Virus record (IMG/VR): IMGVR_UViG_3300014656_000080
Location: 1-35,304 of that record
Reading direction: 5' to 3' (one strand)
DNA length: 35,304 nucleotides
From: a virus
Taxonomy: Duplodnaviria; Caudoviricetes
Part shown: piece by piece, positions 16,950 to 26,203 of the stretch
How the letters are laid out: each line of letters begins with the position of its first letter
Position numbering within the stretch: position 1 is the first letter of the stretch
Made by a program: the position numbers and the translations under genes
Notes under the pieces: model-generated
Told to the model about the DNA's origin: nothing
The model's input: the letters and a program-made list of their open reading frames with translations, nothing else
Database searches by the model: none

Positions 16950-18938
16950 TTACGCACTTGTAGAGCTTGTCGTTGTTGCAGACCCGCTATAAGGAACGAT
17001 AGAAATCCCAACCGGGATATAATTGACAGGAACAACCGGACTACATTGAAAATACACCCGCAGGACATCACCTTCGAGTTCTGCAGTAATGTTCTTATAA
17101 GCCGGACTATCATCGTCACCGGTGATTACCTCTGGTCCAAGTGGGGCAGGACGAGCAAGTTCCTTCAGGGCATTTTCAGTAATGGAAACCGCCCGGGCAA
17201 GAATCGAGGGAGTACCCTTTTGACCAATCAGGGCTTCCAAGGCAGTTCTTACGGTTCGACAAACATAATCCACGGCAAAACCAGTACCCATTTCCACACG
17301 ATTATAATTACCATTGGAGAGCCATGTTGAAACGGATTGGACGACTTTATATCCGGTTCGTGTTTCAGCCAGGGCGATTACACCACCATTGATCATTTCA
17401 TCGGTGTCTGTGGGGATACGAAGTTTTGTTTCCAGACCACTGACAGTGATTGTCTTATTGGTAAGAGAAGTCCCAGGGTCAGAACCGGTGATCATACCTC
17501 CAAGTATGGCGGCGGCCATATACGGGGCAATGGTGGTCAAGACATCGTCGTCATCATATTCCTTGTAACCAGGGGCGACCAAATAGATCCGATCATGGTT
17601 TAAAGAATAAGCACGGGCAATACCTTCATCAACAGTTTCCCCAATGGCCCCGCCCACAATAGCCCGTCTTTCCAAACCACCAGAATTGCTCATATACTGA
17701 CAATGGGTAAGGGCCATGGCATGAACTGATTCACTGGCTGTTAGGGGAACAATACATTGGACATCCTCGGTCTGAAGAGCATCAAAACAGTCTTGCCAAT
17801 CAGAGGTGGTCGCTGTAGTCGTCGTGCCACCATAGAGGTAGGTGTATGTCATGTTTTCGGGCACAACACCTGACTCAGTCGGGCGGTAAGCTTCCATGAA
17901 AGGTTCACTGGAACCATTGAACCAATCAACAATCACCTGAAGATTGGCAGTGATCTCGGTATCCGTTGTTTTGATATCCTTTCCAGTCTCATAATCAAGG
18001 CAGGCTTCAGTATCATAATCACTGTATGTGGTGTTTGCCGTGGCCGTAACGTAATCTTGAGAGTCAAGAAAATCAACCAATTTGGAAACGGTATTGTATG
18101 AAGACAATTCCGCCGTGGCAATGACCTTTTCCGCATCAAGATCCCCGGCTTTAAAGACAACCTGATCGGCTTCTATGACAAGCAAAGCAGATGCTTCATC
18201 CCCGGTATACTGAACATTGAAATAAGTTGCCCCCAAACTATCGACAATATATTCGTCATCATCAAATGTGGCAGCAAGATATTTCGTTCCATCTTCAATC
18301 CCGTCCTGAATTTTGGCCTTAACCCGATTGGTATGAACACCATAATCAGTAGACACCAAAACAAGAGAAGCCGGGGTCAATTCATAGGTGTCGTCCCCAG
18401 AAACCGAACTTTTCCAAGCATATTTGACATCGCAAAGTTGAGTATCGGCATCATACGCCGTAATCAAGTTTGTTTCCCCCTTGGCTGGCCCGGAGGTCAT
18501 GATAATTCTGTAGCCGTTGTAATAACTATCAATCACACCAACAACACCAACATCCAGTCTTATCTGGGAGTCGGGATCATCATCCCCGATATCTTGCAAA
18601 GTACCAATCTCAGTAGTTCCGCCTTCCTGGGGCAATACAAATCTGGAAACGGTGGAAGGTTGAACCCTCAAAGCATAGATATACTGGGGGGAATAAGTCT
18701 CAGATGAAGGGGCGAAAGCCTTTTCAATGGCATCCACGAGTTCACCGCTTGTGTAAAGTTCTTCAGCCTCTAAGGCACTCCCAACTATATTGACAGTTGT
18801 AGGTTCCCCACCGGCGGCCTGACCGATAATTGCCAGGTTGTTGGGTACTGATAAATTCCTGCTTGCCATGCCACTGTCATCGATCTTGGTGGCAACGGCC
18901 GGTGTGACAATTAATCTTCCGTTAAAAAATACTCCCAT
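16950..18938 (-). CDS. Contractile tail sheath protein (662 aa)
   Basis: LAIIGQAAGGEP...SGELVDA N-terminus; SLTNKTI; YKVVQSVSTW; C-terminal SPVVPVNYIPV. Confidence 0.93.
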   Translation of the reverse strand: MGVFFNGRLIVTPAVATKIDDSGMASRNLSVPNNLAIIGQAAGGEPTTVNIVGSALEAEELYTSGELVDAIEKAFAPSSETYSPQYIYALRVQPSTVSRFVLPQEGGTTEIGTLQDIGDDDPDSQIRLDVGVVGVIDSYYNGYRIIMTSGPAKGETNLITAYDADTQLCDVKYAWKSSVSGDDTYELTPASLVLVSTDYGVHTNRVKAKIQDGIEDGTKYLAATFDDDEYIVDSLGATYFNVQYTGDEASALLVIEADQVVFKAGDLDAEKVIATAELSSYNTVSKLVDFLDSQDYVTATANTTYSDYDTEACLDYETGKDIKTTDTEITANLQVIVDWFNGSSEPFMEAYRPTESGVVPENMTYTYLYGGTTTTATTSDWQDCFDALQTEDVQCIVPLTASESVHAMALTHCQYMSNSGGLERRAIVGGAIGETVDEGIARAYSLNHDRIYLVAPGYKEYDDDDVLTTIAPYMAAAILGGMITGSDPGTSLTNKTITVSGLETKLRIPTDTDEMINGGVIALAETRTGYKVVQSVSTWLSNGNYNRVEMGTGFAVDYVCRTVRTALEALIGQKGTPSILARAVSITENALKELARPAPLGPEVITGDDDSPAYKNITAELEGDVLRVYFQCSPVVPVNYIPVGISIVPYSGSATTTSSTSA

Positions 18939-18968
18939 ATTATAATCCTCCTATGTGGGCATTAGCCG

Positions 18969-19154
18969 TTAAGCCGGCATGGTACAAAAATCGGTGAAGT
19001 AGTTCATGAACTCTGCTTGAGTACCCCTGGTAATTTTTTTGGTGTTTTGCATCCAAGAATGGAATCCTCCGATTAATTCCACTTTTTTATTTGTCAGTGA
19101 AAGTCTTTTGCAAAATTCCGTTACTGTGATTTTTTCAGCCGTTATTTTAGCCAT
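18969..19154 (-). CDS. Small pre-sheath protein (61 aa)
   Basis: RBS AAGGGAG; ITVTEFCKRLS...VELIGGF; paralog of the upstream ORF. Confidence 0.7.
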   Translation of the reverse strand: MAKITAEKITVTEFCKRLSLTNKKVELIGGFHSWMQNTKKITRGTQAEFMNYFTDFCTMPA

Positions 19155-19345
19155 TAATTTCTCCCTTTAAACTTTGATAAAATTTTCGTTTGAATAAAAT
19201 TTGATACCCGGGCAATCAATTTTCTGACACTTTTTTTGGCGTTTTCTACCAAAGAATAAAACTTCCCGGTTATCTCCGCCTTTTTGTTTGTCAATGAAAG
19301 TGAAAGCCTTTCACAAGACCCTGTTACTGTTGTTTTTATTGACAT
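19154..19345 (-). CDS. Small protein, paralog of 18969..19154
   Basis: ATG at 19345 with RBS AGGAGG; TVTGSCERLSLSLTNKKAEITGKFYS aligns with the neighbouring ORF. Confidence 0.6.
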   Translation of the reverse strand: MSIKTTVTGSCERLSLSLTNKKAEITGKFYSLVENAKKSVRKLIARVSNFIQTKILSKFKGRN

Positions 19346-19355
19346 TATTCTCCTC

Positions 19356-19985
19356 CTAAACTTCAATATAAGTTTCGTTTGGGCTAAATTTGATAAAAAG
19401 CTCTGTATCTTTGATTATAGAATAATTGGTTGCCCAACTGTTCATTCCTTGGAAGTTCATAACCGTGCTTCTATAGAAAAGATGCTCGGGAAGGTATTGA
19501 TAAACCGGATCAAGATCGGTAGCCGTTACTGCCACTTCGTTCAATCCATATGTTTGCCCTAAAACTTCCCGAGCTGATAAAAGGATATACCGGGCGACGG
19601 CCTCAAGGATCATTGTGGCATCACCGTTGGGTGTGGCACTGATCACACGGAGTGTATAGGCGTTCAGGTTACCTTCATAAACATCACCATCGGAATCTTC
19701 ATCGGTTGTGTCTTCTTCAGCAATGTAATCCCCAATAAAATCTTCCGATGGGGAAACATTGGCCGGGACAACGTACCAACCGGGTAACCGAGTATCATCA
19801 ATCCCATATCCTTGAGAGATCCGGACTTTATTCCCCGAAAGGTAATCTGTGGCCTTCATGACAAAGTCAGAACCCATGACCTCTTCATCAAAAATTTTTG
19901 AAAAATAGCTGGTGTTTGCCTTGACGGTTTCCAGTCCGGCGGCCAAGGTTGCAATAACGATTTTTTCAGGTAATAAAATTGACAT
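19356..19985 (-). CDS. Tail completion/terminator-like protein
   Basis: Acidic 209-aa protein upstream of the sheath; DLDPVYQYLPEHLFYRS motif. Confidence 0.6.
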   Translation of the reverse strand: MSILLPEKIVIATLAAGLETVKANTSYFSKIFDEEVMGSDFVMKATDYLSGNKVRISQGYGIDDTRLPGWYVVPANVSPSEDFIGDYIAEEDTTDEDSDGDVYEGNLNAYTLRVISATPNGDATMILEAVARYILLSAREVLGQTYGLNEVAVTATDLDPVYQYLPEHLFYRSTVMNFQGMNSWATNYSIIKDTELFIKFSPNETYIEV

Positions 19986-20747
19986 TTATATAATCCTTTT
20001 AATAATATCGGTGATGTAAGAATGAACATGCTGAACCAGTTTCCGGGGTTTGATCCCTGGATGCCACCAACTGTTTGAATCACTGTTCTCAGAAACCCGC
20101 CGAAAAGTGGTGTACTGGTGCTGTGTGGCCTTGTCATAGGTCTTGGCCACTTTATACATATTGGCGTATGGGCTTGTTTTCCAAGCATAAGCCCCAGGAC
20201 GGCCTTTCTTAATGGGCAACTGTGTTCTCATACCATAACCGTTGAAATCGCCTGTACGACCTCCCCAGGCAGTCCCGCCGGTTGACTTTTCAGTGCTGAC
20301 CTTTAATTTCCTTGCTGCATTGTAAATCATGCTCTTTTTATTGCCCTTCGGGGTGAGGCCTGTGGACGGCATCGGACTCCCCACCCTTTTTCCGGTTGAT
20401 CCCGGGGTACCATGCCGGAAGGGGATCACATTGTACTTGATTCCCTTTTTGGTTCTTTTAGCATTGGGACCGGCAAGCATCCCCGGTTTCATATCATATG
20501 GTGCCATACCATTTTCGATGTTGTTCGGTAGCTCACCCACAAGGTGGATATGGCACCAGTCACCATCAACTTTAACAGGCTGAATCCCGGCAATATAATC
20601 CGCAGAAGAACTTCCGAGAGTCTGCATGGCATGGTTGATCCATTCACCTCTGACCATTTCAGCCAGGGTGACCATCCGTTCCCTCATCATCTCAAGGTTG
20701 TAACCTACTGAGGGAAGATGGCCTGATATGTCGATTTGAATTGGCAT
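19986..20747 (-). CDS. Neck/tail-completion protein
   Basis: IENGMAPYDMKPGML, IPFRHGTP and YTTFRRVSENSDSNSWWHPG motifs typical of Twort/K-like neck proteins. Confidence 0.7.
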   Translation of the reverse strand: MPIQIDISGHLPSVGYNLEMMRERMVTLAEMVRGEWINHAMQTLGSSSADYIAGIQPVKVDGDWCHIHLVGELPNNIENGMAPYDMKPGMLAGPNAKRTKKGIKYNVIPFRHGTPGSTGKRVGSPMPSTGLTPKGNKKSMIYNAARKLKVSTEKSTGGTAWGGRTGDFNGYGMRTQLPIKKGRPGAYAWKTSPYANMYKVAKTYDKATQHQYTTFRRVSENSDSNSWWHPGIKPRKLVQHVHSYITDIIKRII

Positions 20748-23428
20748 TATTTCAAGTAAGCGGGTCCACGATGTGTAACTTTGTGAAGACCAAAATTTTT
20801 ATCGGTCATAATATTACCCCTGGCATGTTTTGCAGGGGTGTTCCAATTGGCGGCCTTCAAGATGTCACCGTTCTCTTTGTTAATGAAACCCCAGACAGAT
20901 TTTTGCCCTTTACCGCCCATGGAATGATCGATCACCTTGATATACTTTTTCCCAGTGGTGTAACTAAATTTTCCCGGGGGAACGTTTTTAAGGTGTTTAT
21001 CGTGATATTCATTGGCCATGTTCTGAATACCTGAAACAAAACCGTCCAGAGCCTTATCGAAAGACGGGGCCTTACCGGCTGGATCTTGTTTAAGAGCATC
21101 CGCCCCCACCTTTCCCGGGGATTTCGGGATTGCACCAGATCCTGAATCATTGGCAGTCTTGGCCATATTGGTAGGCCGGGGATTATCCAATTGTTTGGCG
21201 GCAAACTCCTGGGCGGCAGCCAAATCTTTCAATGGGGCCTCAGTGTGCAACCTCCGATCTCCGTTTACTGTGGTTTCAACTGCATAACCAGAACCAGAAC
21301 TGTGGGACGTGATCTTCACATGAACACCATCTTTAAAAGCGGTGCCGATCTGTTTTAACCTGTCCAGGTGACTCTGTTTCGGTTTCTTGCCGGTTGAAGG
21401 GGGAATATCCTTCTTGGCCGGGGCCGGGTCTTTAGTGGGCGGGGCTTTTTTAATTGCACTGGCAGCCTTTACTGGTATGTCTGCTGGTACTGGGTCACCT
21501 TTAACGTGGAAGGCATTTTTCTTGGCGTATTCCCGGGCTTTATCTTCACTCGGGAAACGTTTTTCCACCCAGGAACCATTTGCCATGTCTTCATCTTTGG
21601 AGCCATGGAGCACAAAGTTTTTACCGGGTCTGCCCGGGGAATGTCCAATTACAGTTCTTTTGATGGTCACTTTCGGAACAAATTGCCGTGGAGTGTTGGT
21701 ATCTTTCTCTCCATAAATATTGTCGAGCATCTGTTTGATCTGTGGTTGGGTAAATTCATGTTGGTAATTGTAAGGCAAATGGGTACCAGCTTTTGAATGA
21801 ACGTGGGTCAAAGCATCCCTCATCTCGGCCTTGGTCATGCCTTCAAGTTTGTGTTGCGTAATAAACTGCCGGAGCCTGTCGTGTTGGCCTTTGTTATTGC
21901 CCATATCAAAGTCATGATAAGTTTTGTTGGCCTTCATCACCATATCTTCGTGTGTAGGGTTGGCAGAAGGTGTATCCGGCTCAACTTTTTTGGGTGCAGG
22001 TTTCTTTACAGGGTCAGGGCCACGGTCAAATCCACCGGAGATAGTGGGTAGGTCTTTTACCGGTGGAACCTTGTCAAAACTTTTAATCTTATCCATAAAA
22101 TCTTCTTGGGAAGAATAATGTTTGAGCCTTTCCAAGAATTGTGCTTTTGCCGCAGCCTGAGTTTTCCCGGTAGCACCTTTAAGACCGGTTGTTTTTTCTG
22201 AAATAACCCATTCCCCATCTGTTTTATGGATAAAAAAATCAATTTTATCAAAACCTTCGATATTAATCGTTTTTCCGGTCACTTTTTCAAAACCAGTATT
22301 TTTTTTGATCATGAACTCGCCCTTGACCTCTTTCTTTACAGGGGTTGGGGTGGCTGCATCGGCAGCGGCCTTGGCATCTGCTTTGGCAGTTTTTTCATCT
22401 TCGGCCTTTTTTGCCCGTTCTGCTCTATCCCTCCACATACCTTTTTTGTTGAGCGTAACAATTGATTCGGGTTTGATGTACCGCCCATTACCACCCCTGA
22501 TCGGTTCTGCCCAATAGGAACCATCAGCGTGTTGTTTGCCAAGTTCCACTTCAATTTTTGACCCGCCGGTGTCGTAACTAACCCAATCACCGGTATAGTA
22601 TTTTTCTGGTTTGGCAACGGTTTTGGGTTGGGTATCATCCTTTTGTGGCATAACAGGGTTCCCTTTGTGATCCCCACTTCCAACCGTTCCCGTGGCAGCC
22701 TCTCCGATTCGTCGAGACAGTTTTAATTGTTCTGAAGCGGTTAAGTCCGGATACTTTTTCCTGATCGCATCAAGGCGGTTGCTGGAACCTAATTTAGCAA
22801 GGTCCATATTATCTTTTACAGACGGTTTGGTGGAAAGTTCCGGGTAATCCGGGTGGGATTTTATCTTGCCATTTTTTATGGCGAGTTTGACAGATTCTTT
22901 ATGGGCAATTTTCCATTGATCGGAATAAGATGTGTCGTGAACATCCAACCCGAGTTTTGAACCTTGACCTCTTTTGACCCCTGTTCTCTTTTCCGTGTCA
23001 GAAATAAATTCTTCCTGGCTCATTTCATGAGATTTTTTATCTTTTTTCGGGGTACCATCAATGTGCTCAAGATGTTCCGGCTTCAGATCGGAACGAACAC
23101 CATCAACGAGGCCCGAAACATGTTCTTTCTTTCCGGACTTATCATTGTGCTCGTTATATGCCCTGACTGTGAATTCTTTCCCATGGTGCTTTGATTTGGG
23201 ATTGTTGATTTTGAACTTTTCACCTTGTTCTATGGTATGTTCAACCTCGCTTTTGTGGCGGGCATCATCATAATCCTTGATAAACAAAAGTTTGCCGGTT
23301 TTATCCCGGCGGAAGTGGGCCTTTACATGGGATTTTTCAAATTCTTCCCCATAATATGCAAATGTTCCCAAAGACTTTGAATCTCCACCTTCAAGACTTT
23401 TTGCTAAAAGCTGATCGTATATTCCCAT
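20747..23428 (-). CDS. Large Lys-rich multi-module (polyvalent-like) protein, probable internal head protein (893 aa)
   Basis: N-terminal LAKS/FEKS motifs and SHVK...DD.R motif; several small modules joined by Pro/Lys/Ala linkers; C-terminal GKKYIKV...GDILKAANWNTPAKHARGNI module. Confidence 0.75.
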   Translation of the reverse strand: MGIYDQLLAKSLEGGDSKSLGTFAYYGEEFEKSHVKAHFRRDKTGKLLFIKDYDDARHKSEVEHTIEQGEKFKINNPKSKHHGKEFTVRAYNEHNDKSGKKEHVSGLVDGVRSDLKPEHLEHIDGTPKKDKKSHEMSQEEFISDTEKRTGVKRGQGSKLGLDVHDTSYSDQWKIAHKESVKLAIKNGKIKSHPDYPELSTKPSVKDNMDLAKLGSSNRLDAIRKKYPDLTASEQLKLSRRIGEAATGTVGSGDHKGNPVMPQKDDTQPKTVAKPEKYYTGDWVSYDTGGSKIEVELGKQHADGSYWAEPIRGGNGRYIKPESIVTLNKKGMWRDRAERAKKAEDEKTAKADAKAAADAATPTPVKKEVKGEFMIKKNTGFEKVTGKTINIEGFDKIDFFIHKTDGEWVISEKTTGLKGATGKTQAAAKAQFLERLKHYSSQEDFMDKIKSFDKVPPVKDLPTISGGFDRGPDPVKKPAPKKVEPDTPSANPTHEDMVMKANKTYHDFDMGNNKGQHDRLRQFITQHKLEGMTKAEMRDALTHVHSKAGTHLPYNYQHEFTQPQIKQMLDNIYGEKDTNTPRQFVPKVTIKRTVIGHSPGRPGKNFVLHGSKDEDMANGSWVEKRFPSEDKAREYAKKNAFHVKGDPVPADIPVKAASAIKKAPPTKDPAPAKKDIPPSTGKKPKQSHLDRLKQIGTAFKDGVHVKITSHSSGSGYAVETTVNGDRRLHTEAPLKDLAAAQEFAAKQLDNPRPTNMAKTANDSGSGAIPKSPGKVGADALKQDPAGKAPSFDKALDGFVSGIQNMANEYHDKHLKNVPPGKFSYTTGKKYIKVIDHSMGGKGQKSVWGFINKENGDILKAANWNTPAKHARGNIMTDKNFGLHKVTHRGPAYLK

Positions 23429-23444
23429 GCTGCACCTCTATTAA

Positions 23445-23466
23445 AGTAATTATTTACTTTAGCATA
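23445..23466 (-). promoter_or_regulatory. AGTAA-N4-TTACT operator with possible -10 (TATGCT) upstream of the 893-aa gene
   Basis: AGTAATTATTTACT at 23445-23458. Confidence 0.6.
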
Positions 23467-23488
23467 TATTCAAAAAAACACATAATAA

Positions 23489-24148
23489 TTAATCTTCGAC
23501 AAGATATTCCATTCGAGCCAAACACTGTAGGGGAAGGCGATGATGTACCGCCGACGGTTGCTGAAATTTTATTTGTGTATCCCTCATTGAGTGGGGCGCT
23601 TGTAAACAGAGCCAAGAAGGGTGCATTTTATAAGCAATCGAATAGTAATCCCCGGCGGTAGGGCCATCGGCCACCCAATTAATTTCCCCGTCATCGGTAA
23701 GGGTGTAATTGGTATCAGGTTGATAGATGACACCGTTTTTCCCGACCACTCTGAAGACTTCCACAATTGCAAACCGGGCTTTATCCACTGTGGTGTCTTC
23801 GTCACGCTCGATAAGCTGGCTGAACTGCATTACCGAGTTCCGATTAACAAGACGGTCATGATATCCCAAATTTGTTTCAGCCAAGACGGTAACCATCATA
23901 GAGCCGAGCAAAAAACCACCGGTTTCGGAAAACTGTTTTTCCACACTGATATTCATGCACATGGCTTGAATCGTTTCTGCCCCATAATACTGATACCCAT
24001 TGGTGCAATATAAACAATTCGGATCTGGTTGGCCGGTTGAAGAATCTAAACAGGGGCAACGGATCGCATGCTGGAGTTCCATTTCATATCCGTGCCGTTC
24101 AATGAGATCATCAAAGCTTTTTTCCGAAAAATCAATTCTTTTACCCAT
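23489..24148 (-). CDS. Head closure/neck protein
   Basis: AIRCPC...CLYCTNG motif and LGYHDRL, typical of Twort/K-like neck proteins; position after the adaptor. Confidence 0.7.
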   Translation of the reverse strand: MGKRIDFSEKSFDDLIERHGYEMELQHAIRCPCLDSSTGQPDPNCLYCTNGYQYYGAETIQAMCMNISVEKQFSETGGFLLGSMMVTVLAETNLGYHDRLVNRNSVMQFSQLIERDEDTTVDKARFAIVEVFRVVGKNGVIYQPDTNYTLTDDGEINWVADGPTAGDYYSIAYKMHPSWLCLQAPHSMRDTQIKFQQPSAVHHRLPLQCLARMEYLVED

Positions 24149-24149
24149 T

Positions 24150-24890
24150 CTATGCCACCCCTAAACGCAAGCCTTTGTAAAATGCCTTTAATTCCGGTAA
24201 CTGTGCTTTGATCTCACGTTCATACTGCCTTATACGGGCAGAATAGGCCGAATTTTCGGCAGACTGGGTGGTAGTGATACTTTCGGACAAACCATCAATT
24301 GAAAGGCTCTGAGAAGCAATACCGGCCCCCAGGAGGATATCACCCATGATATTCAAGATGCCCATGCACGCCTTCATCGAAATAAGATCAAAGATATTGG
24401 CCGGAATGGAACCATCTTCGAACCCCGCCGTATAAGAAACTTTGAATAAATGGGGCATGTTGCTCAACCGACCGGTAATCAGAGGCAGCAACATACCACT
24501 GCCCTGCCCCATAAGCACCTGGGAAAGCGATCCAGTTGTGGGAACAAGTTGCAATTGGCCTGACTCTTTGTAAATTTGAATCCAGTCTTGGGGAAAACTC
24601 ATGATTTCCACACCGGCATAAGTAGCCATCAGACTTTCAACACTGATAACTGGATACTGGTAAAGTTGGATATAACAAAAAGACTGATACTCATCTATGT
24701 GGTAATCGTGGCTTTCAAGTTTAATAGTGGTCGGGGCAATTTTGATCTGTAATTGGGTTTCACACCAACCCACAGCCCGGGCAATCCAACTTTCGATATT
24801 TGATTTCGGGTATTCATTCCCATCTTCATCGACCAGGGGAATACCGAAAAGGTAATCGCTGGTAAGTGATTTTACTGTTGGTAATTTCAT
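24150..24890 (-). CDS. Head-tail adaptor/neck protein
   Basis: YLFGIPL, YPVISVE, SYTAGF and GIASQSLSIDGLSESITTT...YSARI motifs. Confidence 0.78.
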   Translation of the reverse strand: MKLPTVKSLTSDYLFGIPLVDEDGNEYPKSNIESWIARAVGWCETQLQIKIAPTTIKLESHDYHIDEYQSFCYIQLYQYPVISVESLMATYAGVEIMSFPQDWIQIYKESGQLQLVPTTGSLSQVLMGQGSGMLLPLITGRLSNMPHLFKVSYTAGFEDGSIPANIFDLISMKACMGILNIMGDILLGAGIASQSLSIDGLSESITTTQSAENSAYSARIRQYEREIKAQLPELKAFYKGLRLGVA

Positions 24891-24896
24891 ATCATG

Positions 24897-25292
24897 TTAC
24901 CCCTTAAATATTTTTAAGACCAGTTGGCCAATGAAGAGAAGGAGAGTAAACAAACCGCCACCAATGACCCCGTAAAACGCCATGGTTACCTTTAATCTGA
25001 TTTGTGCTTTTTCCGCTTTGGAAACCTTACTACCAACCTCTTTGATATCGGTTTTAAAGTCTATCAAATCGGTTTTTTCTGCTTTGTGATGTGAAACTTT
25101 GTCGCACCGTTCTCGGCAGGCGCCCTGTTTTTCTCGGAGAGTGTCGATAGCTTCCCAAACCGAATCAAAGTGTTTCTCTTTTTGTTCTATGGCGGAGGCC
25201 AAATGTTTTAATGTTTCTTTGACCGCACCACGCCATTCAGAAAAACGGGTGATCTCGGTCATTAATGCTTCAGTCTTTTCCAGTTCGCTCAT
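24897..25292 (-). CDS. Holin-like membrane protein (coiled coil plus single C-terminal TM helix)
   Basis: Heptad-rich N-terminus; hydrophobic VTMAFYGVIGGGLFTLLLFIGQLVL followed by basic KIFKG. Confidence 0.5.
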   Translation of the reverse strand: MSELEKTEALMTEITRFSEWRGAVKETLKHLASAIEQKEKHFDSVWEAIDTLREKQGACRERCDKVSHHKAEKTDLIDFKTDIKEVGSKVSKAEKAQIRLKVTMAFYGVIGGGLFTLLLFIGQLVLKIFKG

Positions 25293-25743
25293 GTCTTAAC
25301 CCCGGGTCTGCTGGAATGGTTACCATGAGAATGGTACATTCTTCGGTGATGGCCTGAATGATATGTGGAGTCATTGGTTCAACGACGGCGTAATCGCCTT
25401 GTTCCATAGCCATATTCTCTTTGTTACCCGTGGTAACTATGGCCGACCCCTTTGAACAAAGTAGCCAAAGGCGCTGTTTATGTTCATGTTCCGGAAAAGG
25501 TTTGTCCTCATGCCGTGCTCTTTCCAAAGCCCCTACTGAGAACGAACCATCAGAAGAGTGCGACCATGTTATGAGATTAAAATCACCTGCCGACATAACG
25601 GCATGGCTACCGGTAAGGATTCCGGATTGAAATAAAACTTCGAGTGTTTTTGGGTGGCTTGGGAAACTCTTTTCGATCTTATCAAGTTTGTCTAAACAAT
25701 TTGAGATCTCAACAGTTCCCAAGCATTTTTTTTGCCTTCCCAT
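25270..25743 (-). CDS. Cupin-domain protein
   Basis: FPEHEH motif 1; GDYAVVEPMTPH motif 2. Confidence 0.75.
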   Translation of the reverse strand: MGRQKKCLGTVEISNCLDKLDKIEKSFPSHPKTLEVLFQSGILTGSHAVMSAGDFNLITWSHSSDGSFSVGALERARHEDKPFPEHEHKQRLWLLCSKGSAIVTTGNKENMAMEQGDYAVVEPMTPHIIQAITEECTILMVTIPADPGLRHERTGKD

Positions 25744-25768
25744 GTATTAAATAACCTCTATGGAAAAA

Positions 25769-26083
25769 TTATTTAGACTCTTTTGCCCTGCGCGGTTTCC
25801 TAATCTTCCGTACTGTGGCCACGGGGGTTTCATCCATAGTGGGTTCATCTCCGATGGGTTCATCCCCAAGGACTTCTTCCACGGAGACTTCCACCACAGG
25901 AACCTTTGTCTCTGTTTCTGTCTCTGGACTGCCCAGTTCAATAACATGAAAATTTTTCATGCCCTTGATAGATTTTGCAACCTCATGGGTACATTCACAA
26001 TCGCCATCTTTATCAAACTCACATGAAATTGAGCCTATAATGAGTCTTTTTCCCGCATATTTGGTGTTTCTGATCTTAGCCAT
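25769..26083 (-). CDS. Hypothetical post-capsid protein with acidic linker and basic tail
   Basis: RBS AAGGAG; follows the capsid terminator. Confidence 0.7.
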   Translation of the reverse strand: MAKIRNTKYAGKRLIIGSISCEFDKDGDCECTHEVAKSIKGMKNFHVIELGSPETETETKVPVVEVSVEEVLGDEPIGDEPTMDETPVATVRKIRKPRRAKESK

Positions 26084-26128
26084 GGCCGAACTCCTTATCT
26101 TTTATGGATTCAGGATTTCCCTGATTAT

Positions 26129-26168
26129 AAAAAAGCCGGCCCGGATGGTTTATTCCTGGGCCGGCTTT
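26129..26168 (-). terminator. Rho-independent terminator after the major capsid gene
   Basis: Minus strand AAAGCCGGCCC-loop-GGGCCGGCTTTTTT. Confidence 0.85.
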
Positions 26169-26203
26169 CAAAACTAACTGACTAACTGATTATTGAACAA
26201 GTC

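Noticed and set aside
26173-26188. ACTAACTG tandem duplication after the capsid stop
   Set aside because: Only two 8-bp copies, and not noticed elsewhere in the window, so there is no support for a function.
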